From the NCBI GenBank assembly GCA_965249675.1, contig OZ252250.1, positions 2,823,687-2,887,686 of the forward strand: a DNA stretch of 64,000 nucleotides, given 5' to 3'. Source of the DNA: Dehalococcoidia bacterium (GTDB lineage Bacteria; Chloroflexota; Dehalococcoidia; UBA2979). The notes below the pieces were generated by a model, which had not been told where the DNA came from, did not search any database, and saw only the letters and a list, made by a program, of their open reading frames with translations. This document shows positions 9,781 to 17,068 of this stretch, one piece after another. A program made the translations under genes and the position numbers. Every line of letters begins with the position of its first letter. Positions within the stretch are counted from its first letter, which is position 1.

Positions 9781-10713
9781 GTGCCCGACCTTGAGATCAT
9801 CGACATCCACACACACACCTTTGCGACCGCGGAGCGTGGCATCTCCTATCAGCGGGGAGCGAGCGGGGGAAGACGCGTGCCGACGCGGACCGGCACGATC
9901 GAGGAGCTTCGTGGCCTGATGGCGAAGGCCGGAATATCACGCTCCGTGATGCTCATGTACACGCCGACGCGCTACATGTACGAGGCGAGCATTCAGCGCC
10001 GGGAGCTGACCTCGGATCCCACGGAGCGTGCCATCGTCGAGCGCGAGGTCAAGTCGATGATGGCGCAACGCATGATCGGGAACAACGAGTGGGCGCTGGG
10101 CGTCAGCGCCGAGCACCCCGATCTGGTAACGTTCGCCGGCCTTGACCCGGTCTACATGGACGAGTCGACCCTGGTCGGCGAGATCGAGGACAAGGTGAGG
10201 CGGGGAGCCAAAGGCGTGAAGATCGTGCCTCGCGCACTTGCGATCTATCCGGACGACGATCGGCTCTGGCCAGTCTACGAGCGGATCAGCGAGCTTGGTG
10301 TGCCGATCGTGTCGCAGGCCGGTTCCGGCGGTGAGCAGGGCGACCGCGGGGCGTTCGGGCATCCCAGGTACTTCGAGAGAGCGCTCGCCGAGTTCCCGGG
10401 CCTCGTCGTCAACGTGGCCCACCTCGGCTCGGGCTACGAGGAGGATGTGCTCGACCTCTGTCACCGCTTCCCGAACTTCTACACCGACATCTCAAGCCGG
10501 TTGGGTGCGCTCGACGATCCCGACTCGGGCATGACGCCCGAATGGCTGGTCGGGTTCATCCGCGACTGCGGGGCCGAGCACGTCCTCTTCGGCACGAACT
10601 ACCCGGGGCCGGACCCCGCACAGTACGCCCGACTGTTGCGTGAGTTGCCGCTGAGCGACCACGAGAAGGAACTCGTCGCGAGCGGCAACGCTCGGCGGTT
10701 CATGGCAGGTTAG
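9781..10713 (+). CDS. Amidohydrolase family 2 protein
   Basis: IIDIHTH, KGVK, AHLG, YTDIS, LFGTNYP, GNARRF; GTG 9781 preceded by GGAG (ORF open from 9697). Confidence 0.85.
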   Translation: MPDLEIIDIHTHTFATAERGISYQRGASGGRRVPTRTGTIEELRGLMAKAGISRSVMLMYTPTRYMYEASIQRRELTSDPTERAIVEREVKSMMAQRMIGNNEWALGVSAEHPDLVTFAGLDPVYMDESTLVGEIEDKVRRGAKGVKIVPRALAIYPDDDRLWPVYERISELGVPIVSQAGSGGEQGDRGAFGHPRYFERALAEFPGLVVNVAHLGSGYEEDVLDLCHRFPNFYTDISSRLGALDDPDSGMTPEWLVGFIRDCGAEHVLFGTNYPGPDPAQYARLLRELPLSDHEKELVASGNARRFMAG

Positions 10714-10841
10714 CGGGGAGCGGGCGGGTTGGTCAGCCGCCCCTGGTCCCATCAACTCGGCACTGGCCGAAATCGGCGGCTCGATCGCGGTCCCGGTGAC
10801 GAGAATGAGAGAGGAACCTCCCGCCCGACCCCGCACAACAG

Positions 10842-11339
10842 TCAGCGCGAGAGGGGAAAGGCATCGACCCTTGGTGCCGCATCGCGGCGCCAGACCATCA
10901 CCTGCCGCCTCATCTGGAGTACAACCTCACCCCGCTGGTTGAGTCCGCGAGTACGCGTGGTAACGATCCCCTGTGCGGGGCGTGAGCGAGACTCTCGAAC
11001 CTCCAAGACCTCGGTCTCGGCGTAGAGGGTGTCTCCGGCGAATACGGGACTCGGCATCGTCACCTCCTCATAGCCGAGGGCGAAACCGTTCTGGCTCACG
11101 TCGGCCACAGTCAGCCCGGTGATGATCGCCAGCGTCAAGGTGCTGTTCACGAGCGGGCGTCCGAACTCCGTCCGGCTCGCATACTCAGCATTGAAGTGGA
11201 TCTGATTCGGGTTGTTCGTGATCAGCGTAAACCAGGTATTATCGGCCTCCGAAACCGTGCGGCCCACCGGGGCGCGGTAGATATCGCCCAGCTGGAAGTC
11301 TTCAAAGTAGCGCCCCGCCCATGCTTCCTGAATCGCCAT
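10842..11339 (-). CDS. MaoC-family (R)-enoyl-CoA hydratase/dehydratase
   Basis: GRYFEDF, GRTVSEADN, NPNQIHFN, PVFAGDTL, NQRGE. Confidence 0.9.
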   Translation of the reverse strand: MAIQEAWAGRYFEDFQLGDIYRAPVGRTVSEADNTWFTLITNNPNQIHFNAEYASRTEFGRPLVNSTLTLAIITGLTVADVSQNGFALGYEEVTMPSPVFAGDTLYAETEVLEVRESRSRPAQGIVTTRTRGLNQRGEVVLQMRRQVMVWRRDAAPRVDAFPLSR

Positions 11340-11367
11340 CGGACCGCTCACTTCCACCTGGCCGCCG

Positions 11368-12249
11368 TCAGACACGCTCCGCATCTGCGAGGAGCTGACG
11401 GGCACGCTCCACGACGGGCGCATCGACCATCTCGCCATCCACGGACAGCACACCACGACTGTCGAGACCCGCATCATCGTACGCGCGGAGGATTTGCTGT
11501 GCGCGTTCCAGCTCGGCCGCGTTCGCTCGGAACCCGGCATTGATCGGCGCGACCTGGGCGGGATGAATCGCGAGTTTTCCGCTGAAGCCGAGGCTGCGGC
11601 CCTGCCTCACCGATCGCGTCAGCGCCTCAAGATCATGAAACTCACGAGAGACCATGTCGACGGCCTCCAGGCCAGCCGTATGGCTCGCCATCGCCAACTC
11701 GGCGCGGGCATGGATCAGCCCCTTCGACGTGTCGTCGGCTGCGAGCCCGGTCACGCTGGCGTAGTCCTCAGCTCCGAAACACAATGCCGTCATGCGAGCT
11801 GACGCACCAGCCAACTCTGCCGCAACCTTGAGCGCTGATGGGCTCTCAACCAGCGCGGCGATCTGAATCTCGCCCGGCACCAGGCCACGCAAAGACTCCC
11901 ACACCTGGAGCGCCGCGTCGACGCTCACGATCACCCTGAGATCGTCGACTTTTGGCAGCATCAAGCCGTCCAGGCCCGGGCCAACCACGGCCTCGAGATC
12001 GGCGTGGAGTGCCGCGTAGGGCGCGCTCTCGCGCACGCGCACAAACTTCTGCACCCGGGCGCGCTGCAGATCAGCTGAGAGGAACTGCGACAGCGAACCT
12101 CGGGCAAGCTCGACCCGGTCATCGGCAACCGAGTCCTCGAGATCGAAGATCACCGCGTGGGCCCCCGAGCCAAGTGCCTTGGTGAACCGTTCCGGGCGAT
12201 CGCCGGGGGCGAAGAGCCACGACCTGTTCGCTCCGGAGGGGACTAGCAC
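11368..12249 (-). CDS. CitE/HpcH family CoA-ester lyase (citryl-CoA/malyl-CoA lyase-like)
   Basis: RSWLFAPG, IFDLEDSV, LPKV, LVES, FGAEDY, GKLAIHPAQ, DGEMVDAP; start approximate. Confidence 0.9.
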   Translation of the reverse strand: MLVPSGANRSWLFAPGDRPERFTKALGSGAHAVIFDLEDSVADDRVELARGSLSQFLSADLQRARVQKFVRVRESAPYAALHADLEAVVGPGLDGLMLPKVDDLRVIVSVDAALQVWESLRGLVPGEIQIAALVESPSALKVAAELAGASARMTALCFGAEDYASVTGLAADDTSKGLIHARAELAMASHTAGLEAVDMVSREFHDLEALTRSVRQGRSLGFSGKLAIHPAQVAPINAGFRANAAELERAQQILRAYDDAGLDSRGVLSVDGEMVDAPVVERARQLLADAERV

Positions 12250-12477
12250 CTGAGCCCGGCCTCGCGATTTCCCGCCCGCTGCCGCCCCGAGTGGCCAGCG
12301 ACGACACGGCCCGTCGGCACGGTCGAACTCTGGCTCCGCTCGGGAGGGCACACCGCCCGGGTTCGGGCCCGCATCGTCATCATCACCCCCGCCCGTCGTT
12401 CACCGGTCACAGGAGGCGCTCGCATCACCGGGCTCCGCTCCCGGGACCGCGACCGATCGCGTTCCCGGTCGGTCGGG

Positions 12478-13445
12478 TCAGCCGATCGCGATACGCCCGC
12501 CCAACAGCGTCGCGGCCTCCTGCGCGCCATAGCCGAGTTCGTCGAGGATCTCGCGCGTGTGCTGACCGAGCGTCGGCGCGAAGCGACCGAGTTCGGCCGG
12601 CGTCTCGGAGAACTCCCACGGCAGCAGCAGGGTCTGAATCGGAGTACCTCCTGGCCCCTCGACCGTCTGACCATCCCGACATGACGGACCTGATCCAGGT
12701 CCGTCAGCTGTTGATAGTCGTTGGTCGGGAATGCCCAGCCCCCATGGCGTCGCACCCCTTCGATCACCTCATCGGCGGTGAACTTGGAGAACGCCCGCTC
12801 CCAGATCGGGTGCACGATCTCCGAAACATCCGATGTCGGGCCGCCGCGATCCCGCAGGAAGTCGTCGTAACGCGGATCATCCTTCACCCACTCCATCTCG
12901 AGATCGCGGGTCAGTGCCTCGCGACCTTCGGGGGTGACACGCGCCAGTGGGAAGAGAATGGCCCCGTCTTTGCACTGGTGACCCTGGTCTGGTGGCTTCA
13001 CATAGCTGTCGAGGTGATAGCCCGACCACGAGTCCGGGTTCGACAGCGCCACCCAGAGCGTCGAGCGCATCGCCAGGACCGAGCCGAAGAGCGACACATC
13101 GATCCGCTGACCGAGTCCGCTCCGTTCACGCTCGAGCAGCGCCGCACAGATCGCCTGAACCGCATAGATCGCCGCATACATCCCGGCGACATCGTTGCCC
13201 ACTCGGACCGGTGCCTCACCGGGGCGACCGAGCGAGGCCGTCGCCTCACCTGCCAGCTGCGCGGGCAGCTCACCGTAGGGCGCCCGCCCCGCCCATGGAC
13301 CGCGATCGCCGAACTCGGAGATGACGCAGGTGACGAGCCCGGGATTTGTCTCCGCCACCGATTCACGGCCGAGGACGGCCTGTTCTTTCCATCCAGCGTC
13401 AAGAATCGCGACGTCCGCCCCCCGCAGCAGCCGGGTGGTCACCAT
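12478..13445 (-). pseudogene. Second family III CoA-transferase homologue: N-terminally truncated, one-base frameshift near 12668 (real or sequencing error)
   Basis: Paralogous to 5252-6466 (DSYVKPPDQG vs DTYVKPADHG); C-terminus TVEGPGGTPIQTLLLPWEFSETPAELGRFAPTLGQHTREILDELGY...* continues in another frame to TGA at 12478. Confidence 0.8.
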
Positions 13446-13816
13446 GGCTCCTCTGATCGTGGCCGTGTGGCCGGGGGCGTTCACGCGAGCTCTGGAATCT
13501 CGGATACGTCGGTCTCAAGGCGGCCACGCCCGTTCGCGCGGAAACTACCACAGTTGCGTTGGGCGATACAACGTTCGTGGTTCGCCGCGCTCGACGTCTG
13601 CCGCTCGCCCCGCTGATCGCACTCGCGCTGTGCCCGGCTCAGAGTCGACCGGGACCCGGGGAAGTCTCTCGTGGTGCGGCGTGCCGGCGATCGCAGCGGG
13701 CTCTCCGAGGGCCGGGGACGCGACTCCCGGGGGATCGAGGTGATCGGATCCCCATCTGCTGTCCGGTCGACTGCCGCGTTCGCTAGAATCTCGGGGGGCG
13801 GATGAGGAGGTCAAGG

Positions 13817-13930
13817 ATGAAGACGCTGCTCGCGATCGTGGCCGGGGTCTGCCTGGGCACGGCCGCTGCGCTGTGGCTCGATGCCAGGCGGCTGATCGAC
13901 GAGGGAGAGGGAGCCAACAGTGCCCGCTGA
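13817..13930 (+). CDS. Small single-pass membrane protein (37 aa)
   Basis: AGGAGG RBS; MKTLLAIVAGVCLGTAAALWLDARRLIDEGEGANSAR*; TAGAAT -10 at 13784; overlaps darA start. Confidence 0.6.
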   Translation: MKTLLAIVAGVCLGTAAALWLDARRLIDEGEGANSAR

Positions 13931-14273
13931 TCCCCAGACCCCCACCAAGCTGTGCGTGATGGTGGTGGCAGATGCCGACGCCAATCGCCTGATGTCGCGC
14001 ATCGTCGAATCCGACCTCTCGGCCACCAAGATCGGCTCAACGGGGGGCTTTCTCCGGCGCGGCAGCGTGACCATCCTCAGCGGCGTCACCGAAGAGGGAC
14101 TGCTGCGACTCACCGAGCTCCTCAGCGAGGTCTGTCACGCCCGCAAGGAGTTCGTGCCAGTCCAGACCCTCCCCTTCCTCGGAGATGGCGGATTCACGTC
14201 TGAGCCGATCGAAGTGCGAGTCGGCGGCGCGATCGCCTTCGTGCTGGAGATCGAGCGCTTCGAGCGGGTCTAG
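13920..14273 (+). CDS. darA: Cyclic-di-AMP receptor, PII-like (DarA/PstA)
   Basis: TKIGSTGGFLRRGSVT signature; C-terminal VRVGGAIAFVLEIERFE. Confidence 0.9.
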   Translation: MPADPQTPTKLCVMVVADADANRLMSRIVESDLSATKIGSTGGFLRRGSVTILSGVTEEGLLRLTELLSEVCHARKEFVPVQTLPFLGDGGFTSEPIEVRVGGAIAFVLEIERFERV

Positions 14274-14350
14274 CGGCACGCCCCCTCGCCGCCTGCACGA
14301 TCTGCGGGGCGCGACTTCGGGCGCCACCCTACCCGCCCGGTCGGCGACTG

Positions 14351-15451
14351 CTAGACGTGAGCGACGGCGTAGTGCTCGGCGAGCAGGTCGCGCCCGAAGT
14401 CGCGATCGGGGTCTCGCCAGACGGTGTGGATGTGGTTGCCGTCGTTCTGGGTGTTGTCGTACTCGACAAGCAGCCCCGGTCCCTGGACCCGGTAGTAGTG
14501 CTTGTCACCCCGATCTGTGCCGCCGGCCCAGGCGAAGCCCAGCTCTTCGGGCGCGATCGCCTCCAAGCGCACCTGCTCATGTGCGGCGAGCTCATCGGGC
14601 ATCCTCAGCGTGTACTGGCGGAGGAGTGCCCGCAAGGCCGCTTTTTGGAGATCGGTCAGGGCTGAGGCTCGGATCCCGTCCGCCTCCGCACGGTAGACCG
14701 CGGCCGGGTTGGAAGGTGCCGCCTCGGCACCAGCGGCTGCGGCGAGCCTCCCGGGCTCCCGTTCGCGCCAGATCTCGTCGGGACCGGGCGGCCTCTGACC
14801 GGCACTGACCCGGGTCCGGTTGCCGGTCACCAGGTCCCTCGGGGCGATCGGCGAGATCACGGCCACGGCCCGCTGCTCCGGAGAGAGCAGCCCGAGCAAC
14901 TCACGAGCCAGATCCTCCTCGGCTGCCAGCGGCCGATAGCTGTTCTTGCCCACCCCCCGCGAATAGGCCGGATTGGCACCGAGAAATGAGGGTTGCAACC
15001 GGAACTGGCCATCGCTGACCGTCACCGAGACCGATACGTGGTGTCCGCCGAAACGCCAACCCCAGTCCGTCTGCCCACTCGCATCGGGCTCCCCGAACAG
15101 CGCTACAAAGTACCGGTTCGGATCACGGGAGCGAGTGGCGGCATCGAACCAGGAAAAGCCGGTGAAGGACTCTTGCGCCGCAAGAATATTCTCGAGGCCC
15201 ATCACCGTCGCGGCAGTGTTGTAGGCGCCCTCGCTAACCGATGCGGCCAGAAGCCGGAGAGCGGCCTGCTGCTGGAGTGGAGTCATCTCGACCAGCGAGA
15301 GGCCACCGTGATCGGTCGGTGTGTAGAAGAAGCTGGTGCGTTCGGCTTCGGCGTCGAAGGGGAACTGAGCAATGTCGCGCTGGTCTTCCTCAAGGGTCTC
15401 AAGGAAGCCGCGCGCCGCTCCGCCGACGCTGGCGATCAGATCGAGTGTCAC
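14351..15451 (-). CDS. DUF3500 domain-containing protein
   Basis: WGWRFGGHHVS, FLGANP, YYRVQGP, VEYDNTQNDGNHIHTVWRD, DFG; GTG 15451 with GGAGG. Confidence 0.88.
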   Translation of the reverse strand: MTLDLIASVGGAARGFLETLEEDQRDIAQFPFDAEAERTSFFYTPTDHGGLSLVEMTPLQQQAALRLLAASVSEGAYNTAATVMGLENILAAQESFTGFSWFDAATRSRDPNRYFVALFGEPDASGQTDWGWRFGGHHVSVSVTVSDGQFRLQPSFLGANPAYSRGVGKNSYRPLAAEEDLARELLGLLSPEQRAVAVISPIAPRDLVTGNRTRVSAGQRPPGPDEIWREREPGRLAAAAGAEAAPSNPAAVYRAEADGIRASALTDLQKAALRALLRQYTLRMPDELAAHEQVRLEAIAPEELGFAWAGGTDRGDKHYYRVQGPGLLVEYDNTQNDGNHIHTVWRDPDRDFGRDLLAEHYAVAHV

Positions 15452-15838
15452 AGTAGTCCTCCGGTCGAATCCATGCGGAATCACCCTAGCCCCAACGAGA
15501 TCGACTCGGCAATGAGTGCCCCCAAGAACACCCGCCGTGCTCCTGCGCGGGAACGACCGCAGGCCCGTGCAGGCCGGCCACACTGCCGTCAAGAAAGAGC
15601 GGGGGCTGCCGCAGGGCTGCCTCAGGGCTGCCTCCGCCACCTCTGGTCCGGGCAGCCCTCGCTAGCAGGCTGCGGAAGAAGGGGTAGCGGGTCAGAACGA
15701 GGCGGGGTCCGGCGCGATATTGGGCGCTGGCAACCGGTCTGCTGCGCCCCGTGAGTCGGTTCTTGGTCCTGAGACGCCGGAGGTGGGGACCGGAGCCGGT
15801 CCGCAGGCCCTGCAGGCAGCCTTGCGTTCGGGTGATGC

Positions 15839-15881
15839 GGCCTCTTTCGGGTTATGTGGCCTCTTTCGGGTTATGTGGCCT
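15839..15881. repeat. 19-bp tandem duplication at the transposase 3' end
   Basis: GGCCTCTTTCGGGTTATGT at 15839-15857 and 15858-15876, followed by GGCCT. Confidence 0.9.
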
Positions 15882-16981
15882 GCAACGGCGGGGCGGTGGG
15901 CGTGATCAACTTCGCCATCCGCACGAGGTTGTAGGCGGTCGCCACCAGGTGGCCAGCTAACCCGGTCCGCTCCCGGCCCCGGTAGCGTCTCCGGCGGAAC
16001 CCCCCGATGGTCTTCATCCAGCCAAAGATCTCCTCCACACGCTTCCTGATGCGCTGGCTCACTGCATAGCCAGCATGGCGAGTCGTGCGCCGGTCGATGG
16101 CACTCCTGCGCCTGCTGGTGTTCTGAGAGACGTGCCGGGTGACTCCGCGCCCCCGCAGCTCTTGCACGCAGTTCTGTCTGTCGTATCCCCGCTCCGCTCC
16201 CAGCGTCCGGGGCGGCAATCCCAGTGCCCGGGCACCATCCACCAGCACCGGGACGGCATCTCGCTCCGCGGTCCCCGTCGCTTCGCTGACCAGGAAAAAG
16301 GTGAGCAGACCGTTGCGATTCTCCATCAGCGCGTGCGCCATGAAGGCCAGCCACGTCTCCATTCCCCTTCCCCTTGCGAAACAGCCGCGCTTCGGGGTCC
16401 CTTGTGCTCTGGTGCGTCGCATTGCGGCGCCGCTGCCCTCCGAAGTCCACCGAGAGATTGCCCCGGTCGCCGTCATCCGGCGGAGACTGCCCATCGCGCG
16501 GCTTGAAGCTCTTCAGGCTCGCCGCCGCCTCGATCAAGGTCCCGTCCACCGTGAAATGCTCCTCTGACAGCAGACCCTGATCGTTCGCAGCCAGCACCAC
16601 CTCCTCAAACAGCTTCCGTCCCACCTGGTGACAGAGCAGCCGCTCGCGATTCTTCGTGAACACGGTCGGGTCGAAGGTGCGCTCCATCAGCTGCATCTCC
16701 AGAAACCAGCGGAACAGCAGGTTCTATTCCAGCTCCTCGCAGAAGGCGCGCTCGCTTCGCACCGAGAACAGCGAGTTCAGGATTGACGCCTTGAGCAGTC
16801 GCTCCGGCGGGATCGATGGCCGCCCCACGTCGGACTACATCCGGTCGAACTCCGGGGAGAGCCGCATCAGCGCTTGATCGGTCAGGGCCTTGATGGTGCG
16901 CAGCGGGTGGTTGGCCCGAACACGCTCCTCCACATCGACAAACGCCAACATCGTCACCTGCTGCTCCTGTCGCCCACGCAT
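15871..16981 (-). pseudogene. IS5-family DDE transposase pseudogene
   Basis: MRGRQEQQ...HPLR, GRPSIPPE, VDGTLIEA, RKRVEEIFG; in-frame TAG at 16835 and 16724, frameshift near 16365, GADKGY replaced by GAERGY. Confidence 0.92.
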
Positions 16982-17068
16982 GCGACCACCTCCACGTCTG
17001 CGGGCTATCGATCGCCCGCTCATGCACGTGGACATCTGATCTCACCCGAAGCGTTTTTCCGCAGCCTG

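Larger units (their letters stand above)
15666..17068 (-). mobile_element. IS5-family insertion sequence (1403 bp), decayed, with CTAG target duplication
   Basis: Terminal IRs CAGGCTGCGGAA (15666-15677) and TTCCGCAGCCTG (17057-17068); CTAG at 15662-15665 and 17069-17072. Confidence 0.9.

Noticed and set aside
16724-16837. Amber (TAG) recoding or pyrrolysine
   Set aside because: TAG is the normal stop of many genes here, and the same transposase also has a frameshift and a catalytic substitution
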